Positions 9,206 to 18,729 of a stretch of DNA of 64,000 nucleotides are shown in pieces. The DNA is from Acidobacteriota bacterium (GTDB lineage: Bacteria > Acidobacteriota > Thermoanaerobaculia > Thermoanaerobaculales > Sulfomarinibacteraceae). The notes below the pieces were generated by a model that saw only the letters and a list, made by a program, of their open reading frames with translations, was not told the origin of the DNA and did not search any database. The stretch covers positions 558 to 64,557 of the forward strand of contig JAHECW010000001.1 in the NCBI GenBank assembly GCA_024641545.1. The letters run 5' to 3'. Every line of letters begins with the position of its first letter. Position 1 is the first letter of the stretch. A program made the position numbers and the translations under genes.

Positions 9206-11608
9206 ATGAAGAAGTTGCTCCTCCTGATTGCTCTGCTTCTCAGTCTTGTCCTGCTCGGCTGCGACCGCGCACCCGATCCGGAGACCGATGCGGCGGGGAA
9301 CGTCATCGCTCGCCTCGAGGTCTCCAACCCGTCGGCATTTGCGCGGCCCGACACGCTCGTCAGCCTGTCCTTGAACGAACTCGGCGTGACGGCAGGTCCG
9401 CTGCAGGTCTGGGAGGGCGATGCGGCACGGCCCACCCAGCTGCTCGACGATGACGGCGACCACCGCCCCGACAGGCTCGTCTTTGTCGTCGACCTCGATC
9501 CAGCCGCGACGCACTCCTTCCTCATCGACGGCCGGGAGTCCGGGAGCGCCGTGGCGCCGCGGACCCACGCCGAGGTCTCGATCAAGGAGGGTGGCGAGTG
9601 GCAGGGAAGCACCTATGTCGGCGGCACCTTCAAGAACGTCGGTCAGGTGACCGCACCGCCGCAGTACACCGACCACAGCGAGTACATCCGTTATGAAGGG
9701 CCGGGGATCGAGAGCGATCTCGTCGGCTACCGGTTCTATCTGGATTGGCGCAACGGTTTCGACATCTGGGGCAAGAAGACCTCCGAGATGGTGCTGCAGA
9801 CCGTCGGGCTGGACGGCTACGACAGCTACCACGAGATGTCCGACTGGGGCGCCGACATTCTCAAGGTCGGTCAGAGCCTGGGGATGGGCGGCTACGGTTA
9901 TTGGGACGGCGCCAAGACCATCCTGGTCTCCGATGTGGCGGAGCGCTCCACCACCATCAGATCGGACGGCCCCATTCATGCAGCCCTCGAGATCGACTAC
10001 AGGGCATGGAACACCGGCGCCGCCACCGTGGACATGAAGGCGACGTTGTCCATGCAGGCCGGAAGCCCGATGGTCGACGTGACGCTTCAGACCTCCGCCC
10101 CGCTCGACAACCTCGCCATCGGCATCGTCGCCCATCCGGGGACCGAGCTGATGACGGGTGATCTGGACATCACCGGTCAGGCCTGGAGCTACATGGCGAC
10201 CTTCGGCCCGCAGACCCTGTTCGAAGACAACCTGGGCATGGTGGTCCTGTTCAGGAAGATCGATTTCGTCGAGCAGACGCGGGACGAGAGCAGCCATGTC
10301 CTGGTGATGCAACCGCGCGGGACGGAGCTGTCATACGCGTTCGGGGCCCTGTGGTCCGGTCGAGAGGGCGGCGTTCAGACTCGCGAGGAGCTCGAGGCCT
10401 TTCTGGCGGCCGAGGTCGAACGACGCACGTTGCCCCCCCGAATACGCTTGAAGACCGAGGCGTCGCGCAGCGCCGGTGCGCTCGAGCCGACGCAGATCTC
10501 GATCCGCCTGGCGGAATCGGAGATGGCGCGCCGAGGCGACAGCCTGTCCTACGGCGGCTGGGACGCGATGAGTTCGCGGCCCAGTGGCTGGACCTATACC
10601 ACCGGTCTTCTGATGCAGGCGATGGATGACCTCTCAGAGGCGTCCGGCGACCCGCGTTTCGCCGATTACGCCAAGGCCACGATCGAGAGTTTCATCGCTG
10701 AAGACGGCACCATCCACACCTACGACGTCACCGAGTACAACATCGACAAGATCAACTCGGGCAAGATGGCGCAACGCCTCTATGCTCGGCACGGTGACCC
10801 GAAATACCGCGCTGCCATCGATGCCATGGCCGGCCAGATGGCCGATCATCCCCGGACATCCGAAGGTGCGTTCTGGCACAAACAACGCTATCCGCACCAG
10901 CTGTGGCTGGACGGTGTGTACATGGGAATGCCGTTCCTTGCCGGCGTGGGAGTCATGGAGGGAGACGACGCCAAGATCGAAGAGGCTGTACGGGAATTTA
11001 CCATTGCTCGATCCCATCTCCGTGATCCGGAAACCGGGTTGTACTACCACGCCTGGGACGAGGCCAAACAGCAGGGTTGGGCCGACCCGGAGAGCGGTCG
11101 GTCGCACTATGTCTGGGCGCGAGGGCTCGGTTGGTACGCCATGGCGTTGGTCGATATTCTCGATGTGATTCCGCCCAAGAGGACCGAGTTGCGGGAACCT
11201 CTCCTCGCCATCATTCCGGAGCTTGCGGACAGCTTGATTCAAACTCAGGATGCCACCGGGGTGTGGTTTCAGATCATGGACATGCCGGACGAGCCCGGCA
11301 ATTATCGCGAGGCGTCGGCGTCCGCGATGTTCACCTATTTCCTGGCCAAGGCCGTCAACCGCGGCGCTCTGCCGAAATCGTTCACACCGGCCGCCGAGAA
11401 GGCCTATGCCGGCCTGGTTGACGAGTTTGTCTCCGTCTACGCCGACGGCTCGTTTCACCTGACGAACAACTGTGAGGTGGGCGGCCTGGGTTTCGGCCGG
11501 GACGGCAGCTACCGCTACTACATGAGCGAGCGCGTAGTCGAGGACGACCCCAAGGGCCTCGGGCCCGCCATCATGGCGGGTCTGCAGGTGTCTGAGCTCT
11601 CGAACTAG
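9206..11608 (+). CDS. Lipoprotein fusing a DUF4861-like N-terminal domain to a GH105 unsaturated rhamnogalacturonyl/glucuronyl hydrolase domain
   Basis: Lipobox MKKLLLLIALLLSLVLLGC. N-terminal half has YEGPGIESDLVGYRFYLDWRNGFDIWGKK (DUF4861-like). C-terminal half has WTYTTGLLMQAM, HQLWLDGVYMGMPFLA, YHAWDE, WARGLGWYAMALVD (YteR/GH105-like). Start moved from 8975 to 9206. Confidence 0.75.
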   Translation: MKKLLLLIALLLSLVLLGCDRAPDPETDAAGNVIARLEVSNPSAFARPDTLVSLSLNELGVTAGPLQVWEGDAARPTQLLDDDGDHRPDRLVFVVDLDPAATHSFLIDGRESGSAVAPRTHAEVSIKEGGEWQGSTYVGGTFKNVGQVTAPPQYTDHSEYIRYEGPGIESDLVGYRFYLDWRNGFDIWGKKTSEMVLQTVGLDGYDSYHEMSDWGADILKVGQSLGMGGYGYWDGAKTILVSDVAERSTTIRSDGPIHAALEIDYRAWNTGAATVDMKATLSMQAGSPMVDVTLQTSAPLDNLAIGIVAHPGTELMTGDLDITGQAWSYMATFGPQTLFEDNLGMVVLFRKIDFVEQTRDESSHVLVMQPRGTELSYAFGALWSGREGGVQTREELEAFLAAEVERRTLPPRIRLKTEASRSAGALEPTQISIRLAESEMARRGDSLSYGGWDAMSSRPSGWTYTTGLLMQAMDDLSEASGDPRFADYAKATIESFIAEDGTIHTYDVTEYNIDKINSGKMAQRLYARHGDPKYRAAIDAMAGQMADHPRTSEGAFWHKQRYPHQLWLDGVYMGMPFLAGVGVMEGDDAKIEEAVREFTIARSHLRDPETGLYYHAWDEAKQQGWADPESGRSHYVWARGLGWYAMALVDILDVIPPKRTELREPLLAIIPELADSLIQTQDATGVWFQIMDMPDEPGNYREASASAMFTYFLAKAVNRGALPKSFTPAAEKAYAGLVDEFVSVYADGSFHLTNNCEVGGLGFGRDGSYRYYMSERVVEDDPKGLGPAIMAGLQVSELSN

Positions 11609-11692
11609 CAGCGGGAGGTCGACAGACGGCGGACGGGTCTCCCCTGCTCCGCCCCGGCTGTTCGGCTGCCCGCATTGAAGGAGATCGTGTCG

Positions 11693-12499
11693 ATGAGCCT
11701 ATTCAGCCTGAACGGGAGGACCATCGCGATCACCGGCGGCGCCGGCGTGCTCGGAGCGGCGCTGGCCAGGGGTTATGCCGAAGCCGGCGCCAGAGTGGCC
11801 ATTCTGGACCTCGCTGAGGACAAGGCCGCCGAGGTGGCCGCAGAACTGGGCAGCGAACACCTGGCGACCGGAATCGACGTCCTCGACCGGGACAGTATCG
11901 AGCGGGCCTACGAATTCTGCGCCGGGGCGCTCGGGCAGGTTGACATTCTGGTGAACGGCGCCGGCGGCAATCATCCCGGGGCGACCACCAACCCGGACCG
12001 GCCCTTTTTCGACATCCCCAAGGAAGCCCTGGAATTCGTCGCCGGTCTGAACCTCACCGGTACGATCCTGCCTTCCCAGGTCTTCGGCAGGCAGATGGCC
12101 CGGCGGAAACACGGGATCATTCTGAACGTCTCCTCGATGAACGCCTTTCGGCCGTTGACCCGGATCCCCGCCTACTCGGCAGCCAAGGCTGCGGTTTCGA
12201 ATTTCACCCAATGGCTGGCGGTTCACATGGCGCAGGAGTACTCGACCGAAATTCGGGTCAACGCCATCGCGCCGGGGTTTTTCCTGACCGCTCAAAACCG
12301 CTTCCTCCTGACCGATGAGAGGACCGGTGAACTCACCGCCCGGGGCAGGCAGATCCTCGACCACACCCCGCAAGGACGCTTCGGCGCACCCGAGGATCTG
12401 GTGGGAACCGCCGTCTGGCTGGTCTCGGATGCGGCCCGGTTCGTCAGCGGGATCGTCGTGCCCGTGGACGGAGGTTTCTCGGCCTTCAGTGGAGTCTAG
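11693..12499 (+). CDS. SDR family oxidoreductase (possibly a short-chain mannonate/fructuronate-type reductase)
   Basis: TGGAGVLG, NGAGGN, YSAAK. AAGGAG RBS 9 nt before ATG 11693. The specific substrate is inferred only from locus context. Confidence 0.75.
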   Translation: MSLFSLNGRTIAITGGAGVLGAALARGYAEAGARVAILDLAEDKAAEVAAELGSEHLATGIDVLDRDSIERAYEFCAGALGQVDILVNGAGGNHPGATTNPDRPFFDIPKEALEFVAGLNLTGTILPSQVFGRQMARRKHGIILNVSSMNAFRPLTRIPAYSAAKAAVSNFTQWLAVHMAQEYSTEIRVNAIAPGFFLTAQNRFLLTDERTGELTARGRQILDHTPQGRFGAPEDLVGTAVWLVSDAARFVSGIVVPVDGGFSAFSGV

Positions 12500-12505
12500 A
12501 ACCAA

Positions 12506-12546
12506 CCGCCCGCCCGTCGATCAGACGCCGGCGGATCGGCGGGCGG
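12506..12546 (+). terminator. GC-rich imperfect hairpin after the SDR gene
   Basis: CCGCCCGCC (12506-12514) pairs with GGCGGGCGG (12538-12546), plus an inner GATC/GATC pairing. No U-run follows. Confidence 0.3.
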
Positions 12547-12592
12547 CTCGGAGATGAAAAGCCGGCAGGTGCTTTTGAGGATTGGAGCCAAA

Positions 12593-14050
12593 ATGAGCGA
12601 AGGAAGAGCGGACATCGGGGTCGTCGGGCTGGCAGTGATGGGGGAAAACCTCATCTTGAACATGGAGAGCAAGGGCTTTCGCGTCGCCTGCTACAACCGG
12701 ACGACGAGCAAGGTCGACGACTTCGTGGCCGACCGGGCCAAGGGCAAGAACATCGACGGATACCATGACCTGGAGAGCTTCTGCCGCGGTCTGAAACAGC
12801 CCCGCAAGGTCATGCTCATGGTCAAGGCCGGCACCGTGGTCGACGCCTTCATCGATCAGGTCGTTCCCCACCTCGAAGCAGGGGACATCATCATCGACGG
12901 CGGGAATTCACACTTCCCGGATACGATCCGCCGGATGGAATACGTCGAAAGCAAGGGGCTGCGCTATATCGGCACCGGCGTCTCCGGCGGTGAGGAGGGG
13001 GCGCTGCTGGGTCCTTCCATCATGCCCGGCGGCAGCCCGACGGCCTGGGATTGCGTGAAGCCCATCTTCCAGAAGATCGCCGCCCAAACCGATGCGGGTG
13101 AGCCGTGCTGCGACTGGGTCGGTCAGAGCGGCGCCGGTCACTTCGTGAAAATGGTCCACAACGGGATCGAGTACGGCGACATGCAGATGATCTGCGAGAC
13201 CTATCAGATGATGAAATACGGTCTGAGCATGAGCAACGAGGAGATGGAGGCCGTGTTCAGCCGCTGGAACGAGGGCAAACTGGATTCCTATCTCATCGAG
13301 ATCACCCGCGATATTCTGGGATATCGGGATGAGAATGGTGAAGCCACCCTGGATTTCATCCTCGACACGGCGGGTCAGAAGGGGACGGGGAAATGGACGG
13401 CCATCGCCGCCCTGGATGAAGGCATGCCGCTCACCCTCATCGGCGAGGCGGTTTTTGCCCGCTGCCTCTCCGCAATCAAGGAGGAACGGGTCAAAGCATC
13501 GAAGCTCCTCACCGGTCCCGATGCGAAATTCACCGGCGAGAAGGCCCGGCTCATCGCCGATCTCGAAGACGCCCTCTATGCGTCCAAGATCGTCTCGTAC
13601 GCCCAGGGATATCAGCTCATGCGGGCCGCGGCAAAGAGCTATGACTGGAACCTGAACTACGGCGGGATCGCCCTCATGTGGCGTGGCGGCTGTATCATCC
13701 GCTCCGCCTTCCTGGGCAGGATCAAGGACGCCTTCGACAAGAATCCCGACCTCGACAACCTGCTCCTGGATCCGTTCTTCAGGGATGCCGTGGTCACCGC
13801 CCAGGACGCCTGGCGGCGGGTTGTGGTCAAGGCCGTGGAACTGGGGATTCCCATGCCCGCCGTCGGTTCGGCTCTGTCGTACTACGACGGGTATCGTTCA
13901 GGGCGTCTTCCCGCCAATCTGCTCCAGGCACAGCGGGACTACTTCGGCGCCCACTCCTACGAGCGGACCGACAGGCAGCGGGGTGAGTTCTTCCACACGA
14001 ACTGGACGGGCCGCGGCGGCACGACCTCCGCCTCCACATACGTGGTCTAG
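12593..14050 (+). CDS. gnd: 6-phosphogluconate dehydrogenase, decarboxylating
   Basis: GVVGLAVMGENLILN, DGGNSHF, GTGVSGGEEGA, VKMVHNGIEYGDMQ, and the C-terminal QAQRDYFGAHSYER. Start set at MSEGRADIG. Confidence 0.9.
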   Translation: MSEGRADIGVVGLAVMGENLILNMESKGFRVACYNRTTSKVDDFVADRAKGKNIDGYHDLESFCRGLKQPRKVMLMVKAGTVVDAFIDQVVPHLEAGDIIIDGGNSHFPDTIRRMEYVESKGLRYIGTGVSGGEEGALLGPSIMPGGSPTAWDCVKPIFQKIAAQTDAGEPCCDWVGQSGAGHFVKMVHNGIEYGDMQMICETYQMMKYGLSMSNEEMEAVFSRWNEGKLDSYLIEITRDILGYRDENGEATLDFILDTAGQKGTGKWTAIAALDEGMPLTLIGEAVFARCLSAIKEERVKASKLLTGPDAKFTGEKARLIADLEDALYASKIVSYAQGYQLMRAAAKSYDWNLNYGGIALMWRGGCIIRSAFLGRIKDAFDKNPDLDNLLLDPFFRDAVVTAQDAWRRVVVKAVELGIPMPAVGSALSYYDGYRSGRLPANLLQAQRDYFGAHSYERTDRQRGEFFHTNWTGRGGTTSASTYVV

Positions 14051-14301
14051 GATTCCTGCAGTGGCTCAGGTCATCGGCATGTTCCACAAACTGGGCGGCC
14101 TCATCACCAGCCCCGAGAGCATGGATATCGAGGCGTTCAAAGACCGGGAGGATGAAGGTGGTCTCTCTGTCCCAAAATGCGGGCGGAGGGCGCCACCGGT
14201 TGCGGCGGCTATGATGTCCGGAAGGCATCGTGCCGGTCGGTTTTTGATGATCGATGGATGTGACGGGCAGAATGCTCGACGAAAAAGAAGAGGAGATCTT
14301 C

Positions 14302-15384
14302 ATGCCTGAACTGAATATCAGACACGATAACTGTGCTCTGGACTTCCTGTCCCTGGGTTCACTGGTCCATCGCCTGGATCCGGGCCGGATCCCATTTCGC
14401 AAGGCGCGTTCGGTGAAGATCCACGTCTCGGGTGGTGAGTACAACGTCGCCGCCAACCTGGCGGACTGTTTCGGGTTGAAAACCGGGATCGCCACCGCCA
14501 TGGTGGACTACGGCATCGGCGAACTGGTGCAGAACCGGGTCAAGGAAATGGGCGTCAAGCCCTTCTACAAGTGGTTTGAACACGACGGCGCCCGCGGACC
14601 GAATATCGCCACCGTTTACAGCGATCTCGGCTACGGCGTGCGGCCGCCCGTGGTCTTCTACAACCGGGCGAATGAAGCCGGGGCCATGCTCAAACCCGGC
14701 GACTTCGACTGGGAAGCCATCTTCGGCGAGGGCGTCCGCTGGTTCCACTCCGGCGGAATCTACGCGGCACTGTCGACAACCACATCGGAGCTCATCATCG
14801 AGGCCATGCAGGCCGCAAAGAAACATGGCGCCGTCACTTCGTTCGACCTGAACTACCGCGGGAAACTGTGGGAGTCGATCGGCGGACTCGAGGCCGCTCA
14901 GAGGACCTTCAAAAGGATCGTCGAGAACGTCGATGTCCTCATCGGCAACGAGGAGGACCTGCAGATGGGATTGGGCGTGAAGGGCCCGGATGTCGAGAAG
15001 AAGTCCAAGCTGGACACGGCGGTCTTCTTCGAGATGATATCCGAGGTCAATCGTGACTTCCCCGGCGTGAAGATGGTGGCCACTACCCTCAGGGAGGTTG
15101 AATCCGCCAACCGCCACCAATGGGGGGCCGTGATCTGGTGCAACGGACGGCGGGCCATCAGCCCGACCTGTGAACTCGGTGTCATCGACCGTATCGGGGG
15201 CGGCGACGGATTCGCCTCCGGTCTGATCTATGGGATGCTGGCTGGGCGGGAACTGGATGACGTTGTCCGTCTGGGATGGGCCCACGGCGCACTGCTCACC
15301 ACATTCCCGGGAGATGTGACCATGGCCAAGCTGTCCGAGGTCGAGGCCTTCGCGAAGGGCGGCTCGGCCCGGGTTCAGCGCTGA
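14302..15384 (+). CDS. kdgK: 2-dehydro-3-deoxygluconokinase-like PfkB sugar kinase
   Basis: PfkB family with the C-terminal signature DRIGGGDGFASGLIYG. GAGGAG RBS before ATG 14302. Lies in a kdu locus. Confidence 0.75.
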   Translation: MPELNIRHDNCALDFLSLGSLVHRLDPGRIPFRKARSVKIHVSGGEYNVAANLADCFGLKTGIATAMVDYGIGELVQNRVKEMGVKPFYKWFEHDGARGPNIATVYSDLGYGVRPPVVFYNRANEAGAMLKPGDFDWEAIFGEGVRWFHSGGIYAALSTTTSELIIEAMQAAKKHGAVTSFDLNYRGKLWESIGGLEAAQRTFKRIVENVDVLIGNEEDLQMGLGVKGPDVEKKSKLDTAVFFEMISEVNRDFPGVKMVATTLREVESANRHQWGAVIWCNGRRAISPTCELGVIDRIGGGDGFASGLIYGMLAGRELDDVVRLGWAHGALLTTFPGDVTMAKLSEVEAFAKGGSARVQR

Positions 15385-15444
15385 CCGGTCAGCCGACAAC
15401 TTCGGCTCCGCAGTCCCTTCGGAGTCGTTTCGCGGAGGTCTTCG

Positions 15445-16425
15445 ATGGAGTATGTCAGGCTCGGCAAGACGGGTCTTCAGGTATCGCGGATCTGTTTGGG
15501 CACCATGACCTACGGCAGCCCCGCCTGGCGCGACTGGGTGTTGCCGGAAGCCGCGAGTCGCCCCATCATCAAACGGGCACTGGAGATGGGAATCAACTTC
15601 TTCGATACGGCCGACATGTACTCGCTGGGTGTCAGCGAGGAGGTCCTGGGTCGTGCGATCAGGGACCACGCCCAACGAAAAGACGTGGTCATCGCGACCA
15701 AGGTCTTTTGGCCGACCGGCGATGGACCGAATGACCGCGGTCTGTCCCGCAAGCACATCATGGACTCGATTGATGCCTCGCTGCGGCGGTTGGGAACGGA
15801 CTACGTCGATCTGTATTACATCCACCGGTGGGATTACGAAACTCCGATCGAAGAAACCATGGCGACGCTCGATGACCTGGTGCGGATGGGAAAAGTCCGT
15901 TACCTGGGTGCCTCCAGCATGCACGCCTGGCAGCTCATGAAGGCTCTGGGCCTGGCCGACCGGTACGGGTGGAGCCGCATTGTGGTGATGCAGAATCACT
16001 ACAACCTCATCCATCGCGAGGATGAGCGGGAGATGATGCCGCTCTGTCGCGAAGAAGGCATCGGCGTGGTGCCGTGGAGTCCGCTGGCCCGCGGATTTCT
16101 GGCCGGAAACCGCAAACGGGGTGAGCGCGGCGTGACCACCCGCGACGCGAGCGATCAAATGGCCCACGACTACTATTTCCAGGACACCGATTTTGAAATC
16201 CTCGAACGAGTGGTGGAGTCGGCCGAAGAGGAGGGTGTCAAACCGGCCCAGATCGCTCTCGCCTGGCTGCTCCACCAACCCGGTGTCACCGCGCCGGTCA
16301 TCGGGGCGAGCAACACGAGTCAACTGGACGACGCGGTCGAGGCGTTGAAAATCAGCCTGCCGCGGGAAAAACGCGCCCGGTTGGAGGAGCTCTATCTGCC
16401 GCGCCCGGTTCTGGAATACGAGTAG
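15445..16425 (+). CDS. Aldo/keto reductase
   Basis: 326 aa with GTMTYG, FFDTADMYS, VDLYYIHRWD, VRYLGASS, NHYNL. Confidence 0.85.
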   Translation: MEYVRLGKTGLQVSRICLGTMTYGSPAWRDWVLPEAASRPIIKRALEMGINFFDTADMYSLGVSEEVLGRAIRDHAQRKDVVIATKVFWPTGDGPNDRGLSRKHIMDSIDASLRRLGTDYVDLYYIHRWDYETPIEETMATLDDLVRMGKVRYLGASSMHAWQLMKALGLADRYGWSRIVVMQNHYNLIHREDEREMMPLCREEGIGVVPWSPLARGFLAGNRKRGERGVTTRDASDQMAHDYYFQDTDFEILERVVESAEEEGVKPAQIALAWLLHQPGVTAPVIGASNTSQLDDAVEALKISLPREKRARLEELYLPRPVLEYE

Positions 16426-16491
16426 CGAGCCACCGAGCGCCAGTGCGGTCCGATTCGAAGTCCCCACCCAACGGCGCGTCCGCCGCGCCGA

Positions 16492-17877
16492 TCACTCGCC
16501 GGCAGGCTCGATCGCGACATTCTGCAGCAGGAGACCCTCCACGTGATCGAGGACGCTGCCCCTGCTCACCGCCTTGAAGGAGCTGTCCCGAACCACCAGC
16601 CCACGCACCGGCGCACTCGGGAGTCCGCGGATGAAAAACGCGTACCCCGCCCGGCCCACGGTCAACCGCTCGATGAGGATGTTCCGGACGACCGGCACAA
16701 AGGGGCCGTCGGCACCCTCCTCGTACTGCATGTCGATATCGATGGCCGAACCGGTTTCGCCGATCTCGACGTCGCGCACGAAGACGTTCTCGATCACTCC
16801 TCCGCGCACGGCATTGGTCTTGAGTCGGATCCCTCGATCGAGATCGGGGCTGCTCATTTCGGTCTGCTCGACGAAGACGTCGCGCACGCTGCCGCTGGTC
16901 TCGCTGCCGATGGTCACGCCGCCGTGCCCGGCCCGCATCCGGCAGCCCCGGACCACGATGCGCTCGGAGGGGGCGGCGAGCCGTCGCCCGTCGGCGTTGC
17001 GCCCCGACTTGATGGCGATGCAGTCGTCCCCGGTATCGAAGAGCGAGTCCTCGATCAGGACATCGGTCGAAGATTCCGGATTACAACCGTCGTTGTTGGG
17101 ACCTGAGGAGACGACTCTCACGCCGCGGACGGTGACGTTGTGGGAAAGAACCGGGTGGATGACCCACATCGGAGAATTTCTGATCGTGACGCCCTCGATC
17201 AGAACGTTCTCGCAGCGATAGGTCTGCACGAACGACGGCCGCAGGTAGTGGCCGGCGCCGTAGACCCGCTCGGCGACCGGAACGCCGGTCTCGGCCTGGG
17301 CGAAGAGCCGATCGCGGTCGGGCTTCTGGCTCGCGGGGTGGCCATCGCCCTTCCATGGCCACCAGTGCTGCGGCCCGGCCTGGCCGTCGAGGGTGCCCTT
17401 GCCGGTCACCGCAATGTTCTTCTCGTCGTGGGCGTACACGAGGGGCGAGTAGTTCATCAGCTCGACACCTTCCCAGCGTGTGAAGACGACGGGCAGGTAG
17501 GCGGCAGGATCCTGGAGGAACCGAAGAGTCGCACCGTCCTGAAGGTGGAGGTTGACGTTGGACTTCAGGTGGATGGCGCCGGTGAGATACTCCCCTGCCG
17601 GCACCACCACCCGGCCGCCGCCGGCTGCCGCACAGGCGCTCACGGCGGCCCGGACAGCGGCGGTCGCATCGGTCGTCCCGTCCCCCACGGCGCCGAAATC
17701 GGACAAAGGAAAATCGCGATCGGGAAACGTCGGTGCGCTGATCCCGGCGAGGATGCCGGGCAGACGCTCCCAGGGGTCCGGGGGCGCGGCGGTCTGCCCC
17801 TCGCTGTGGGCGTGGACGCTCAGAAAGGCGGCGACAAGAGCCCCCAGGATCGCTGCGGCGGCAGGTTGTTTCCTCAT
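16492..17877 (-). CDS. Glycoside hydrolase family 28 (second copy), secreted
   Basis: Signal peptide MRKQPAAAAILGALVAAFLSVHA. Motifs DFGAVGDGTTDATAAV, NNDGCNPES, GDDCIAIKS, GHGGVTIGSE, IRLKTN. GGAGGA RBS before ATG 17877. Confidence 0.85.
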   Translation of the reverse strand: MRKQPAAAAILGALVAAFLSVHAHSEGQTAAPPDPWERLPGILAGISAPTFPDRDFPLSDFGAVGDGTTDATAAVRAAVSACAAAGGGRVVVPAGEYLTGAIHLKSNVNLHLQDGATLRFLQDPAAYLPVVFTRWEGVELMNYSPLVYAHDEKNIAVTGKGTLDGQAGPQHWWPWKGDGHPASQKPDRDRLFAQAETGVPVAERVYGAGHYLRPSFVQTYRCENVLIEGVTIRNSPMWVIHPVLSHNVTVRGVRVVSSGPNNDGCNPESSTDVLIEDSLFDTGDDCIAIKSGRNADGRRLAAPSERIVVRGCRMRAGHGGVTIGSETSGSVRDVFVEQTEMSSPDLDRGIRLKTNAVRGGVIENVFVRDVEIGETGSAIDIDMQYEEGADGPFVPVVRNILIERLTVGRAGYAFFIRGLPSAPVRGLVVRDSSFKAVSRGSVLDHVEGLLLQNVAIEPAGE

Positions 17878-18729
17878 CGGAGATCCTCCATCGGCCGGGC
17901 CCGAACGAACGACGACGCCGCTGCGACTGCGGCCGAATCCCGGATGGTGGTTCACGACCCGCGGGAGACCGGCGACCAACACGCCCCGGCGGGGTTCCGC
18001 GCTCCGGCTCCGCGCCCAGGCCTCAGATCCGAGCGCCGTCTCATGCTCTCGATTATAGACAGGGACATCGATCGTCTTGACGACCGGCTCTTCTCGCCGC
18101 CAGGGCCTGCGATGAAGGGTGCCACGTTGACAACCGCTCGTCGCGATGGTGCGCCGCGATGATCCGGTCGATCTCGCCGGAACCGTCGTCGCCTCCCGGC
18201 CTCAACGCTTCCCGGCGCCATCGGAGAGCGATCGTCCCCGCTGGCAAAGCGTGAACCTCCCGCCAGGACCGGCACTTGCATCCTTGTGCCACGACACACC
18301 CTGTGCCCGGAATTCGTGTGTCCTGACACAGGACGCAAGCCCCGCCGACGACCCCCGAACCAGGCCGCTCGTCGAACCGAAGCGAACCGCTGAGACGGAG
18401 GCGATGAGGCGGTTCTGATCCGTCTTCGTGGATCCCTCGATCACCGTCGGCGATCGGCTTTTCTCCGCTGGCACGTTTCTTGAGTCCCACGGGACGAAGC
18501 TTTCAGGCGAAACAAGGCCGCAAAGGGTGCAGATCGGCCGTAGCATGCCGGCCGCTTGGCACCCCGAGTCGGCGCGGCCGCAGGTCCTCCATCCCTGCGG
18601 CAACACCGGAGATCGGCCCCGGTGACTGCGCGGCGCCCTTTGAGGCGTCGAGAGAGGAGGTCATCGATTTCAATACCTGACCGCCCGCAATCGTGAAACC
18701 CATCGATTGAACCAAAGGAGGTCCAAACC

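Noticed and set aside
14359-16467. 702-aa minus-strand ORF spanning kdgK and the aldo/keto reductase. Similar very long ORFs occur elsewhere, e.g. 365..1555(+), 8978..10312(-), 22065..24029(+), 32635..34500(+), 38865..41285(-), 45199..46539(-).
   Set aside because: All lie antisense or out of frame to genes with clear family signatures. Their translations are Arg/Gly/Pro/Ala/His-rich with no domain-like motifs. Stop-poor shadow frames are expected in GC-rich DNA.
18053-18606. Two overlapping minus-strand ORFs (145 and 134 aa) inside the 850-bp gap.
   Set aside because: They have no RBS, no recognisable motif and a Cys/Arg/Gly/Ser-rich composition, and they are mutually exclusive frames. I treated the region as non-coding pending a database search.
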